This document shows, one piece after another, positions 1-15,000 of a stretch of 64,000 nt of DNA. Each line of letters opens with the position of its first letter. The first letter of the stretch is position 1. The stretch is from Eledone cirrhosa. Taxonomy: Eukaryota. The notes under the pieces were generated by a model, which saw nothing but the letters and a program-made list of their open reading frames with translations, did no database searches and was not told the origin of the DNA. The stretch spans positions 1,488,001 through 1,552,000 of the forward strand of contig OZ024745.1 in NCBI GenBank assembly GCA_964016885.1, in the 5' to 3' direction. The translations under genes and the position numbers were made by a program.

Positions 1-3000
1 GGCGAGACCAGTGTGTCGTGTATTTCAGATAGTTTAGGGCGAGACCAGTGTGTCGTGTATTTCAGATAGTTAAGGGCGAGACCAGTGTGTCGTGTATTTC
101 AGATAGTTTAGGTCGAGACCAGTGTGTCGTGTATTTCCGATAGTTTAGGGCGAGACCAGTGTGTCGTGTATTTCAGATAGTTAAGGGCGAGACCAGTGTG
201 TCGTGTATTTCAGATAGTTTAGGTCGAGACCAGTGTGTCGAGTATTTCCGATAGTTTAGGGTGAGACCAGTGTGTCGTGTATTTCAGATAGTTTAGGGCG
301 AGACTAGGGTGTCGTGTATTTCAGATAGTTTAGGGCGAGACCAGTGTGTCGAGTATTTCAGATAGTTTAGGGCGAGACCAGTGTGTCGAGTATTTCAGAT
401 AGTTTAGGGCGAGACCAGTGTGCCGAGTATTTCAGATAGTTTAGGGCGAGACCAGTGTGCCGAGTATTTCAGATAGTTTAGGGCGAGACCAGTGTGCCGA
501 GTATTTCAGATAGTTTAGGGCGAGACCAGTGTGTCGAGTACTTCCGATAGTTTAGGGCGAGACAAATGTGTCGAGTATTTCAGATAGTTTAGGGCGAGAC
601 CAGTGTGCCTAGTATTTCAGATAGTTTAGGGCGAGACCAGTGTGTCGAGTATTTCAGATAGTTTAGGGCGAGACCAACGTGTCGAGTATTTCAGATAGTT
701 TAGGGCGAGACCAGTGTGTTGAGTATTTCAGATAGTTTAGGGCGAGACCAACGTGTCGAGTATTTCAGATAATTTAGGGCGAGACCAGTGTGTTGAGTAT
801 TTCAGATAGTTTAGGGCGAGACCAACGTGTCGAGTATTTCAGATAGTTTAGGGCGAGACCAGTGTGCCGAGTATTTCAGATAGTTTAGGGCGAGACCAGT
901 GTCTTGAGTATTTTAGATAGTTTAGGGCGAGACCAGTGTGTTGAGTATTTCAGATAGTTTAGGGCGAGACCAGTGTGTTGAGTATTTCAGATAGTTTAGG
1001 GCGAGACCAACGTGTCGAGTATTTCAGATAGTTTAGGGCGAGACCAACGTGTCGAGTATTTCAGATAGTTTAGGGCGAGACCAGTGTGTTGAGTATTTCA
1101 GATAGTTTAGGGCGAGACCAGTGTGTTGAGTATTTCAGATAGTTTAGGGCGAGACCAACGTGTCGAGTATTTCAGATAGTTTAGGGCGAGACCAACGTGT
1201 TGAGTATTTCAGATAGTTTAGGGCGAGACCAGTGTGTTGAGTATTTCAGATAGTTTAGGGCGAGACCAACGTGTCGAGTATTTCAGATAGTTTAGGGCGA
1301 GACCAACGTGTCGAGTATTTCAGATAGTTTAGGGCGAGACCAGTGTGTTGAGTATTTCAGATAGTTTAGGGCGAGACCAACGTGTCGAGTATTTCAGATA
1401 GTTTAGGGCGAGACCAGTGTGTTGAGTATTTCAGATAGTTTAGGGCGAGACCAGTGTGTCGAGTATTTCAGATAGTTTAGGGCGAGACCAGTGTGTTGAG
1501 TATTTCAGATAGTTTAGGGCGAGACCAACGTGTCGAGTATTTCAGATAGTTTAGGGCGAGACCAGTGTGTCGTGTATTTCAGATAGTTTAGGGCGAGACC
1601 AACGTGTCGAGTATTTCAGATAGTTTAGGGCGAGACCAACGTGTTGAGTATTTCAGATAGTTTAGGGCGAGACCAGTGTGTTGAGTATTTCAGATAGTTT
1701 AGGGCGAGACCAACGTGTCGAGTATTTCAGATAGTTTAGGGCGAGACCAACGTGTCGAGTATTTCAGATAGTTTAGGGCGAGACCAGTGTGTTGAGTATT
1801 TCAGATAGTTTAGGGCGAGACCAACGTGTCGAGTATTTCAGATAGTTTAGGGCGAGACCAGTGTGTTGAGTATTTCAGATAGTTTAGGGCGAGACCAGTG
1901 TGTCGAGTATTTCAGATAGTTTAGGGCGAGACCAGTGTGTTGAGTATTTCAGATAGTTTAGGGCGAGACCAACGTGTCGAGTATTTCAGATAGTTTAGGG
2001 CGAGACCAGTGTGTCGTGTATTTCAGATAGTTTAGGGCGAGACCAGTGTGTCGAGTATTTCAGATAGTTTAGGGCGAGACCAACGTGTCGTGTATTTCAG
2101 ATAGTTTAGGGCGAGACCAGTGTGTTGAGTATTTCAGATAGTTTAGGGCGAGACCAGTGTGTCGAGTATTTCAGATAGTTTAGGGCGAGACCAGTGTGTT
2201 GAGTATTTCAGATAGTTTAGGGCGAGACCAACGTGTCGAGTATTTCAGATAGTTTAGGGCGAGACCAACGTGTCGAGTATTTCAGATAGTTTAGGGCGAG
2301 ACCAACGTGTCGAGTATTTCAGATAGTTTAGGGCGAGACCAGTGTGCCGAGTATTTCAGATAGTTTAGGGCGAGACAAGTGTGTCGTGTATTTCAGATAG
2401 TTTAGGGCGAGACCAGTGTGTCGAGTATTTCAGATAGTTTAGGGCGAGACCAACGTGTCGAGTATTTCAGATAGTTTAGGGCGAGACCAGTGTGTTGAGT
2501 ATTTCAGATAGTTTAGGGCGAGACCAACGTGTCGAGTATTTCAGATAGTTTAGGGCGAGACCAGTGTGTTGAGTATTTCAGATAGTTTAGGGCGAGACCA
2601 ACGTGTCGAGTATTTCAGATAATTTAGGGCGAGACCAGTGTGTTGAGTATTTCAGATAGTTTAGGGCGAGACCAACGTGTCGAGTATTTCAGATAGTTTA
2701 GGGCGAGACCAGTGTGCCGAGTATTTCAGATAGTTTAGGGCGAGACCAGTGTGTTGAGTATTTCAGATAGTTTAGGGCGAGACCAGTGTGTTGAGTATTT
2801 CAGATAGTTTAGGGCGAGACCAGTGTGTTGAGTATTTCAGATAGTTTAGGGCGAGACCAACGTGTCGAGTATTTCAGATAGTTTAGGGCGAGACCAACGT
2901 GTCGAGTATTTCAGATAGTTTAGGGCGAGACCAGTGTGTTGAGTATTTCAGATAGTTTAGGGCGAGACCAGTGTGTTGAGTATTTCAGATAGTTTAGGGC

Positions 3001-6000
3001 GAGACCAACGTGTCGAGTATTTCAGATAGTTTAGGGCGAGACCAACGTGTTGAGTATTTCAGATAGTTTAGGGCGAGACCAGTGTGTTGAGTATTTCAGA
3101 TAGTTTAGGGCGAGACCAACGTGTCGAGTATTTCAGATAGTTTAGGGCGAGACCAACGTGTCGAGTATTTCAGATAGTTTAGGGCGAGACCAGTGTGTTG
3201 AGTATTTCAGATAGTTTAGGGCGAGACCAACGTGTCGAGTATTTCAGATAGTTTAGGGCGAGACCAGTGTGTTGAGTATTTCAGATAGTTTAGGGCGAGA
3301 CCAGTGTGTTGAGTATTTCAGATAGTTTAGGGCGAGACCAGTGTGTTGAGTATTTCAGATAGTTTAGGGCGAGACCAACGTGTCGAGTATTTCAGATAGT
3401 TTAGGGCGAGACCAGTGTGCCGAGTATTTCAGATAGTTTAGGGCGAGACCAGTGTGTCGAGTATTTCAGATAGTTTAGGGAGAGACCAACGTGTCGAGTA
3501 TTTCAGATAGTTTAGCGCGAGACCAGTGTGTCGTGTATTTTAGATAGTTTAGGGCGAGACCAACGTGTCGAGTATTTCAGATAGTTTAGGGCGAGACCAG
3601 TGTGTCGTGTATTTCAGATAGTTTAGGGCGAGACCAACGTGTCGAGTATTTCAGATAGTTTAGGGCGAGACCAACGTGTCGAGTATTTCAGATAGTTTAG
3701 GGCGAGACCAGTGTGTCGTGTATTTCAGATAGTTTAGGGCGAGACCAGTGTGTCGAGTATTTCAGATAGTTTAGGGCGAGACCAACGTGTCGTGTATTTC
3801 AGATAGTTTAGGGCGAGACCAGTGTGTTGAGTATTTCAGATAGTTTAGGGCGAGACCAGTGTGTCGAGTATTTCAGATAGTTTAGGGCGAGACCAGTGTG
3901 CCGAGTATTTCAGATAGTTTAGGGCGAGACCAGTGTGCCGAGTATTTCAGATAGTTTAGGGCGAGACCAACGTGTCGTGTATTTCAGATAGTTTAGGGCG
4001 AGACCAGTGTGTCGAGTATTTCAGATAGTTTAGGGCGAGACCAGTGTGTTGAGTATTTCAGATAGTTTAGGGCGAGACCAGTGTGTTGAGTATTTCAGAT
4101 AGTTTAGGGCGAGACCAGTGTGTTGAGTATTTCAGATAGTTTAGGGCGAGACCAGTGTGTTGAGTATTTCAGATAGTTTAGGGCGAAACCAACGTGTCGA
4201 GTATTTCAGATAGTTTAGGGCGAGACCAACGTGTCGAGTATTTCAGATAGTTTAGGGCGAGACCAACGTGTCGAGTATTTCAGATAGTTTAGGGCGAGAC
4301 CAGTGTGCCGAGTATTTCAGATAGTTTAGGGCGAGACCAGTGTGCCGAGTATTTCAGATAGTTTAGGGCGAGACCAACGTGTCGAGTATTTCAGATAGTT
4401 TAGGGCGAGACCAGTGTGCCGAGTATTTCAGATAGTTTAGGGCGAGACCAACGTGTTGAGTATTTCAGATAGTTTAGGGCGAGACCAGTGTGTTGAGTAT
4501 TTCAGATAGTTTAGGGCGAGACCAGTGTGCCGAGTATTTCAGATAGTTTAAGGCGAGACCAGTGTGTCGAGTATTTCAGATAGTTTAGGGCGAGACCAGT
4601 GTGTCGAGTATTTCAGATAGTTTAGGGCGAGACCAGTGTGTTGAGTATTTCAGATAGTTTAGGGCGACACCAGTGTGTCGAGTATTTCAGATAGTTTAGG
4701 GCGAGACCAGTGTGTCGAGTATTTCAGATAGTTTAGGGCGAGACCAGTGTGCCGAGTATTTCAGATAGTTTAGGGCGAGACCAGTGTGCCGAGTATTTCA
4801 GATAGTTTAGGGCGAGACCAGTGTGCCGAGTATTTCAGATAGTTAAGGGCGAGACCAGTGTGTTGAGTATTTCAGATAGTTTAGGGCGAGACCAGTGTGT
4901 CGTGTATTTCAGATAGTTTAGGGCGAGACCAGTGTGCCGAGTATTTCAGATAGTTAAGGGCGAGACCAGTGTGTTGAGTATTTCAGATAGTTTAGGGCGA
5001 GACCAGTGTGTCGTGTATTTCAGATAGTTTAGGGCGATACCAGTGTGCCGAGTATTTCAGATAGTTTAGGGCGATACCAGTGTGCCGAGTATTTCAGATA
5101 GTTTAGGGCGATACCAGTGTGCCGAGTATTTCAGATAGTTTAGGGCGAGACCAGTGTGTCGAGTATTTCAGATAGTTAAGGCCGAGACCAGTGTGTCGTG
5201 TATTTCAGATAGTTTAGGGCGAGACCAGTGTGTCGTGTATTTCAGATAGTTTAGGGCGAGACCAGTGTGTCGTGTATTTCAGATAGTTTAGGTCGAGACC
5301 AGTGTGTCGAGTATTTCAGATAGTTTAGGTCGAGACCAGTGTGTCGTGTATTTCAGATAGTTTAGGGCGAGACCAGTGTGTCGAGTATTTCAGATAGTTT
5401 AGGGCGAGAACAGTGTGTCGTGTATTTCAGATAGTTTAGGGCGAGACCAGTGTGTCGAGTATTTCAGATAGTTTAGGGCGAGACCAGTGTGTTGAGTATT
5501 TCAGATAGTTTAGGGCGAGACAAGTGTGTCGTGTATTTCAGATAGTTTAGGGCGAGACCAGTGCGTCGTGTATTTCAGATAGTTTAGGGCGAGACCAGTG
5601 TGTCGTGTATTTCAGATAGTTTAGGGCGAGACCAGTGTGTCGATTATTTCAGATAGTTTAGGGCGATACCAGTGTGCCGAGTATTTCAGATAGTTTAGGG
5701 CGATACCAGTGCGTCGAGTATTTCAGATAGTTTAGGGCGAGACTAGTGTGTCGAGTATTTCAGATAGTTTAGGGCGAGACTAGTGTGTCGAGTATTTCAG
5801 ACAGTTTAGGGCGAGACCAGTGTGTCGAGTATTTCAGATAGTTTAGGGCGAGACTTGTGTGCCGAGTATTTCAGATAGTTTAGGGCGAGACCAGTGTGTC
5901 GAGTATTTCAGACAGTTTAGGGCGAGACCAGTCTGCCGAGTATTTCAGATAGTTTAGGGCGAGACCAGTGTGTCGAGTATTTCAGATAGTTTAGGGCGAG

Positions 6001-9000
6001 ACCAGTGTGTCGAGTATTTCAGAAAGTTTAGGGCGAGACCAGTGTGCCGAGTATTTAAGATAGTTTAGGGCGAGACCAATGTGTCGAGTATTTCAGATAG
6101 TTTAGGGCGAGACCAACGTGTCGAGTATTTCAGATAGTTTAGGGCGAGACCAGTGTGTCGTGTATTTCAGATAGTTTAGGGCGAGACTAGTGTGTCGTGT
6201 ATTTCAGATAGTTTAGGGCGAGATCAGTGTGTCGAGTATTTCAGATAGTTTAGGGCGAGACCAGTGTGTCGAGTATTTCAGATAGTTTAGGGCGAGACCA
6301 GTGTGTAGTGTATTTCAGATAGTTTAGTGCGAGACTAGTGTGTCGTGTATTTCAGATAGTTTAGGGCGATACCAGTGTGTCGTGTATTTCAGAGAGTTTA
6401 GGGCGAGACCAGTGTGTCGAGTATTTCAGATAGTTTAGGGCGATGCCAGTGTGCCGAGTATTTCAGATAGTTTAGGGCGAGACCAGTGTCTCGTGTATTT
6501 CAGATAGTTTAGGGCGAGACTAGTGTGTCGTGTATTTCAGATAGTTTAGGGCGAGATCAGTGTGTCGAGTATTTCCGATAGTTTAGGGTGAGACCAGTGT
6601 GTCGTGTATTTCAGATAGTTTAGGGAGAGACTAGTGTGTCGTGTATTTCAGATAGTTTAGGGCGAGACCAGTGTGTCGAGTATTTCAGATAGTTTAGGGC
6701 GAGACCAGTGTGTCGAGTATTTCAGATAGTTTAGGGCGAGACCAGTGTGTCGAGTATTTCAGATAGTTTAGGGCGAGACCAGTGTGTCGAGTATTTAAGA
6801 TAGTTTAGGGGGAGACCAGTGTGTCGAGTATTTCAGATAGTTTAGGGCGAGACCAACGTGTCGAGTATTTCAGATAGTTTAGGGCGAGACCAGTGTGCCG
6901 AGTATTTCAGATAGTTTAGGGCGAGACCAACGTGTCGAGTATTTCAGATAGTTTAGGGCGAGACCAACGTGTCGAGTATTTCAGATAGTTTAGGGCGAGA
7001 CCAGTGTGTTGAGTATTTCAGATAGTTTAGGGCGAGACCAACGTGTCGAGTATTTCAGATAGTTTAGGGCGAGACCAGTGTGTTGAGTATTTCAGATAGT
7101 TTAGGGCGAGACCAGTGTGTCGAGTATTTCAGATAGTTTAGGGCGAGACCAGTGTGTCGAGTATTTCAGATAGTTTAGGGCGAGACCAGTGTGTCGAGTA
7201 TTTCAGAAAGTTTAGGGCGAGACCAGTGTGCCGAGTATTTAAGATAGTTTAGGGCGAGACTAGTGTGTCGAGTATTTCAGATAGTTTAGGGCGAGACCAG
7301 TGTGTCGAGTATTTCAGATATTTTAGGGCGAGACCAGTGTGCCGAGTATTTCAGATAGTTTAGGGCGAGACCAACGTGTCGAGTATTTCAGATAGTTTAG
7401 GGCGAGACCAACGTGTCGAGTATTTCAGATAGTTTAGGGCGAGACCAGTGTGTTGAGTATTTCAGATAGTTTAGGGCGAGACCAACGTGTCGAGTATTTC
7501 AGATAGTTTAGGGCGAGACCAGTGTGTTGAGTATTTCAGATAGTTTAGGGCGAGACCAGTGTGTCGAGTATTTCAGATAGTTTAGGGCGAGACCAGTGTG
7601 TCGAGTATTTCAGATAGTTTAGGGCGAGACCAGTGTGTCGAGTATTTCAGAAAGTTTAGGGCGAGACCAGTGTGCCGAGTATTTAAGATAGTTTAGGGCG
7701 AGACTAGTGTGTCGAGTATTTCAGATAGTTTAGGGCGAGACCAGTGTGTCGTGTATTTCAGATAGTTTAGGGCGAGACCAGTGTGTCGAGTATTTCAGAT
7801 AGTTTAGGGCGAGACCAGTGTGTCGAGTATTTCAGATAGTTTAGGGCGAGACCAGTGTGTCGAGTATTTCAGATAGTTTAGGGCGAGATCAGTGTGTCGA
7901 GTATTTCAGATAGTTTAGGGCGAGACCAGTGTGTCGAGTATTTCAGAAAGTTTAGGGCGAGACCAGTGTGCCGAGTATTTAAGATAGTTTAGCGCGAGAC
8001 TAGTGTGTCGAGTATTTCAGATAGTTTAGGGCGAGACCAGTGTGTCGAGTATTTCAGATAGTTTAGGGCGAGACCAGTGTGTCGAGTATTTCACATAGTT
8101 TAGGGCGAGACCAGTGTGTCGAGTATTTCAGAAAGTTTAGGGCGAGACCAGTGTGCCGAGTATTTCAGATAGTTTAGGGCGAGACCAGTGTGTCGAGTAT
8201 TTCAGATAGTTTAGGGCGAGACCAGTGTGCCTAGTATTTCAGATAGTTTAGGGCGAGACCAGTGTGTCGTGTATTTCAGATAGTTTAGGGCGAGACCAGT
8301 GTGTCGTGTATTTCAGATAGTTTAGGGCGAGACCAGTGTGTCGAGTATTTCAGATAGTTTAGGGCGAGACAAGTGTGTCGAGTATTTCAGATAGTTTAGG
8401 GCGAGACCAGTGTGCCGAGTATTTCAGATAGTTTAGGGCGAGACCAGTGTGTCTAGTATTTCAGATAGTTAAGGGCGAGACCAGTGTGTCGAGTATTTCA
8501 GATAGTTTAGGGCGAGACAAGTGTGTCGAGTATTTCAGATAGTTTAGGGCGAGACCAACGTGTCGAGTATTTCAGATAGTTTAGGGCGAGACCAGTGTGT
8601 TGAGTATTTCAGATAGTTTAGGGCGAGACCAACGTGTCGAGTATTTCAGATAGTTTAGGGCGAGACCAGTGTGTTGAGTATTTCAGATAGTTTAGGGCGA
8701 GACCAACGTGTCGAGTATTTCAGATAATTTAGGGCGAGACCAGTGTGTTGAGTATTTCAGATAGTTTAGGGCGAGACCAACGTGTCGAGTATTTCAGATA
8801 GTTTAGGGCGAGACCAGTGTGCCGAGTATTTCAGATAGTTTAGGGCGAGACCAGTGTGTTGAGTATTTCAGATAGTTTAGGGCGAGACCAGTGTGTTGAG
8901 TATTTCAGATAGTTTAGGGCGAGACCAGTGTGTTGAGTATTTCAGATAGTTTAGGGCGAGACCAACGTGTCGAGTATTTCAGATAGTTTAGGGCGAGACC

Positions 9001-12000
9001 AACGTGTCGAGTATTTCAGATAGTTTAGGGCGAGACCAGTGTGTTGAGTATTTCAGATAGTTTAGGGCGAGACCAGTGTGTTGAGTATTTCAGATAGTTT
9101 AGGGCGAGACCAACGTGTCGAGTATTTCAGATAGTTTAGGGCGAGACCAACGTGTTGAGTATTTCAGATAGTTTAGGGCGAGACCAGTGTGTTGAGTATT
9201 TCAGATAGTTTAGGGCGAGACCAACGTGTCGAGTATTTCAGATAGTTTAGGGCGAGACCAACGTGTCGAGTATTTCAGATAGTTTAGGGCGAGACCAGTG
9301 TGTTGAGTATTTCAGATAGTTTAGGGCGAGACCAACGTGTCGAGTATTTCAGATAGTTTAGGGCGAGACCAGTGTGTTGAGTATTTCAGATAGTTTAGGG
9401 CGAGACCAGTGTGTTGAGTATTTCAGATAGTTTAGGTCGAGACCAGTGTGTTGAGTATTTCAGATAGTTTAGGGCGAGACCAACGTGTCGAGTATTTCAG
9501 ATAGTTTAGGGCGAGACCAGTGTGCCGAGTATTTCAGATAGTTTAGGGCGAGACCAGTGTGTCGAGTATTTCAGATAGTTTAGGGCGAGACCAACGTGTC
9601 GAGTATTTCAGATAGTTTAGGGCGAGACCAGTGTGTCGTGTATTTCAGATAGTTTAGGGCGAGACCAACGTGTCGAGTATTTCAGATAGTTTAGGGCGAG
9701 ACCAGTGTGTCGTGTATTTCAGATAGTTTAGGGCGAGACCAACGTGTCGAGTATTTCAGATAGTTTAGGGCGAGACCAACGTGTCGAGTATTTCAGATAG
9801 TTTAGGGCGAGACCAGTGTGTCGTGTATTTCAGATAGTTTAGGGCGAGACCAGTGTGTCGAGTATTTCAGATAGTTTAGGGCGAGACCAACGTGTCGTGT
9901 ATTTCAGATAGTTTAGGGCGAGACCAGTGTGTTGAGTATTTCAGATAGTTTAGGGCGAGACCAGTGTGTCGAGTATTTCAGATAGTTTAGGGCGAGACCA
10001 GTGTGTTGAGTATTTCAGATAGTTTAGGGCGAGACCAACGTGTCGAGTATTTCAGATAGTTTAGGGCGAGACCAACGTGTCGAGTATTTCAGATAGTTTA
10101 GGGCGAGACCAACGTGTCGAGTATTTCAGATAGTTTAGGGCGAGACCAGTGTGCCGAGTATTTCAGATAGTTTAGGGCGAGACCAGTGTGTCGTGTATTT
10201 CAGATAGTTTAGGGCGAGACCAGTGTGCCGAGTATTTAAGATAGTTTAGGGCGAGACCAGTGTGTCGTGTATTTCAGATAGTTTAGGGCGAGACCAGTGT
10301 GTCGAGTATTTCAGATAGTTTAGGGCGAGACCAGTGTGTCGAGTATTTCAGATAGTTAAGGCCGAGACCAGTGTGTCGTGTATTTCAGATAGTTTAGGGC
10401 GAGACAAGTGTGTCGTGTATTTCAGATAGTTTAGGGCGAGACCAGTGTGTCGTGTATTTCAGATAGTTTAGGTCGAGACCAGTGTGTCGAGTATTTCAGA
10501 TAGTTTAGGTCGAGACCAGTGTGTCGTGTATTTCAGATAGTTTAGGTCGAGACCAGTGTGTCGAGTATTTCAGATAGTTTAGGGCGAGACCAGTGTGTCG
10601 AGTATTTCAGATAGTTTAGGGCGAGACCAGTGTGTCGAGTATTTCAGATAGTTAAGGCCGAGACCAGTGTGTCGTGTATTTCAGATAGTTTAGGTCGAGA
10701 CCAGTGTGTCGTGTATTTCAGATAGTTTAGGGCGAGACCAGTGTGCCGAGTATTTAAGATAGTTTAGGGCGAGACCAGTGTGTCGTGTATTTCAGATAGT
10801 TTAGGGCGAGACCAGTGTGTCGAGTATTTCAGATAGTTTAGGGCGAGACCAGTGTGTCGAGTATTTCAGATAGTTAAGGCCGAGACCAGTGTGTCGTGTA
10901 TTTCAGATAGTTTAGGGCGAGACCAGTGTGTCGTGTATTTCAGATAGTTTAGGTCGAGACCAGTGTGTCGTGTATTTCAGATAGTTTAGGGCGAGACCAG
11001 TGTGTCGTGTATTTCAGATAGTTTAGGGCGAGACCAGTGTGTCGAGTATTTCAGATAGTTAAGGCCGAGACCAGTGTGTCGTGTATTTCATATAGTTTAG
11101 GGCGAGACCAGTGTGTCGAGTATTTCAGATAGTTTAGGGCGAGACCAGTGTGTCGAGTATTTCAGATAGTTAAGGCCGAGACCAGTGTGTCGTGTATTTC
11201 AGATAGTTTAGGGCGAGACCAGTGTGTCGAGTATTTCAGATAGTTTAGGGCGAGACCAGTGTGTCGAGTATTTCAGATAGTTTAGGGCGAGACAAGTGTG
11301 TCGTGTATTTCAGATAGTTTAGGGCGAGACCAGTGCGTCGTGTATTTCAGATAGTTTAGGGCGAGACCAGTGTGTCGAGTATTTCAGATAGTTTAGGCCG
11401 AGACCAGTGTGTCGTGTATTTCAGATAGTTTAGGGCGAGACCAGTGTGTCGTGTATTTCAGATAGTTTAGGGCGAGACCAGTGTGCCGAGTATTTAAGAT
11501 AGTTTAGGGCGAGACCAGTGTGTCGAGTATTTCAGATAATTTAGGGCGAGACCAGTGTGTCGAGTATTTCAGATAGTTTAGGGCGAGACCAGTGTGTCGA
11601 GTATTTCAGATAGTTAAGGCGGAGACCAGTGTGTCGTGTATTTCAGATAGTTTAGGGCGAGACCAGTGTGTCGTGTATTTCAGATAGTTTAGGGCGAGAC
11701 CAGTGTGTCGTGTATTTCAGATAGTTTAGGTCGAGACCAGTGTGTCGAGTATTTCAGATAGTTTAGGTCGAGACCAGTGTGTCGTGTATTTCAGATAGTT
11801 TAGGTCGAGACCAGTGTGTCGAGTATTTCAGATAGTTTAGGGGGAGACCAGTGTGTCGAGTATTTCAGATAGTTTAGGGCGAGACCAGTGTGTCGAGTAT
11901 TTCAGATAGTTAAGGCCGAGACCAGTGTGTCGTGTATTTCAGATAGTTTAGGTCGAGACCAGTGTGTCGTGTATTTCAGATAGTTTAGGGCGAGACCAGT

Positions 12001-15000
12001 GTGCCGAGTATTTAAGATAGTTTAGGGCGAGACAAGTGTGTCGTGTATTTCTGATAGTTTAGGGCGAGACCAGTGTGTCGAGTATTTCAGATAGTTTAGG
12101 GCGAGACCAGTGTGTCGAGTATTTCAGATAGTTAAGGCCGAGACCAGTGTGTCGTGTATTTCAGATAGTTAAGGCCGAGACCAGTGTGTCGTGTATTTCA
12201 GATAGTTTAGGGCGAGACCAGTGTGTCGAGTATTTCAGATAGTTTAGGGCGAGACCAGTGTGTCGAGTATTTCAGATAGTTAAGGCCGAGACCAGTGTGT
12301 CGAGTATTTCAGATAGTTTAGGGCGAGACCAGTGTGTCGAGTATTTCAGATAGTTAAGGCCGAGACTAGTGTGTCGTGTATTTCAGATAGTTTAGGGCGA
12401 GACCAGTGTGTCGAGTATTTCAGATAGTTTAGGGCGAGACCAGTGCGTCGTGTATTTCAGATAGTTTAGGGCGAGACCAGTGTGTCGAGTATTTCAGATA
12501 GTTTAGGGCGAGACCAGTGTGTCGTGTATTTCAGATAGTTTAGGGCGAGACCAGTGCGTCGTGTATTTCAGAGAGTTTAGGGCGAGACCAACGTGTCGAG
12601 TATTTCAGATAGTTTAGGGCGAGACTAGTGTGTCGAGTATTTCAGATAGTTTAGGGCGAGACTAGTGTGTCGAGTATTTCAGATAGTTTAGGGCGAGACT
12701 AGTGTGTCGAGTATTTCAGATAGTTTAGGGCGAGACTAGTGTGTCGAGTATTTCAGATAGTTTAGGGCGAGACCAGTGTGTCGTGTATTTCAGATAGTTT
12801 AGGGCGAGACCAGTGTGTCGTGTATTTCAGATAGTTTAGGGCGAGACTAGTGTGTCGAGTATTTCAGATAGTTTAGGGCGAGACTAGTGTGTCGAGTATT
12901 TCAGATAGTTAAGGCCGAGACCAGTGTGTTGAGTATTTCAGATAGTTTAGGGCGAGACCAGTGTGCCGAGTATTTCAGATAGTTTAGGGCGAGACCAGTG
13001 TGTCGTGTATTTCAGAGAGTTTAGGGCGAGACCAGTGTGTCGAGTATTTCAGATAGTTTAGGGCGATACCAGTGTGCCGAGTATTTCAGATAGTTTAGGG
13101 CGAGACCAGTGTGTCGTGTATTTCAGATAGTTTAGGGCGAGACTAGTGTGTCGTGTATTTCAGATAGTTTAGGGCGAGACCAGTGTGTCGAGTATTTCCG
13201 ATAGTTTAGGGTGAGACCAGTGTGTCGTGTATTTCAGATAGTTAAGGGCGAGACCAGTGTGTCGAGTATTTCAGATAGTTAAGGCCGAGACCAGTGTGTC
13301 GTGTATTTCAGATAGTTTAGGGCGAGACCAGTGTGTCGTGTATTTCAGATAGTTTAGGGCGAGACCAGTGTGTCGTGTATTTCAGATAGTTTAGGTCGAG
13401 ACCAGTGTGTCGTGTATTTCCGATAGTTTAGGGCGAGACCAGTGTGTCGTGTATTTCAGATAGTTAAGGGCGAGACCAGTGTGTCGTGTATTTCAGATAG
13501 TTTAGGTCGAGACCAGTGTGTCGAGTATTTCCGATAGTTTAGGGTGAGACCAGTGTGTCGTGTATTTCAGATAGTTAAGGCCGAGACCAGTGTGTCGAGT
13601 ATTTCAGATAGTTAAGGCCGAGACCAGTGTGTCGTGTATTTCAGATAGTTTAGGGCGAGACCAGTGTGTCGTGTATTTTAGATAGTTTAGGGCGAGACCA
13701 GTGTGTCGTGTATTTCAGATAGTTTAGGGCGAGACCAGTGTGTCGAGTATTTCCGATAGTTTAGGGTGAGACCAGTGTGTCGTGTATTTCAGATAGTTTA
13801 GGGCGAGACTAGGGTGTCGTGTATTTCAGATAGTTTAGGGCGAGACCAGTGTGTCGAGTATTTCAGATAGTTTAGGGCGAGACCAGTGTGTCGAGTATTT
13901 CAGATAGTTTAGGGCGAGACCAGTGTGCCGAGTATTTCAGATAGTTTAGGGCGAGACCAGTGTGCCGAGTATTTCAGATAGTTTAGGGCGAGACCAGTGT
14001 GCCGAGTATTTCAGATAGTTTAGGGCGAGACCAGTGTGTCGAGTACTTCCGATAGTTTAGGGCGAGACAAATGTGTCGAGTATTTCAGATAGTTTAGGGC
14101 GAGACCAGTGTGCCTAGTATTTCAGATAGTTTAGGGCGAGACCAGTGTGTCGAGTATTTCAGATAGTTTAGGGCGAGACCAACGTGTCGAGTATTTCAGA
14201 TAGTTTAGGGCGAGACCAGTGTGTTGAGTATTTCAGATAGTTTAGGGCGAGACCAACGTGTCGAGTATTTCAGATAATTTAGGGCGAGACCAGTGTGTTG
14301 AGTATTTCAGATAGTTTAGGGCGAGACCAACGTGTCGAGTATTTCAGATAGTTTAGGGCGAGACCAGTGTGCCGAGTATTTCAGATAGTTTAGGGCGAGA
14401 CCAGTGTCTTGAGTATTTTAGATAGTTTAGGGCGAGACCAGTGTGTTGAGTATTTCAGATAGTTTAGGGCGAGACCAGTGTGTTGAGTATTTCAGATAGT
14501 TTAGGGCGAGACCAACGTGTCGAGTATTTCAGATAGTTTAGGGCGAGACCAACGTGTCGAGTATTTCAGATAGTTTAGGGCGAGACCAGTGTGTTGAGTA
14601 TTTCAGATAGTTTAGGGCGAGACCAGTGTGTTGAGTATTTCAGATAGTTTAGGGCGAGACCAACGTGTCGAGTATTTCAGATAGTTTAGGGCGAGACCAA
14701 CGTGTTGAGTATTTCAGATAGTTTAGGGCGAGACCAGTGTGTTGAGTATTTCAGATAGTTTAGGGCGAGACCAACGTGTCGAGTATTTCAGATAGTTTAG
14801 GGCGAGACCAACGTGTCGAGTATTTCAGATAGTTTAGGGCGAGACCAGTGTGTTGAGTATTTCAGATAGTTTAGGGCGAGACCAACGTGTCGAGTATTTC
14901 AGATAGTTTAGGGCGAGACCAGTGTGTTGAGTATTTCAGATAGTTTAGGGCGAGACCAGTGTGTCGAGTATTTCAGATAGTTTAGGGCGAGACCAGTGTG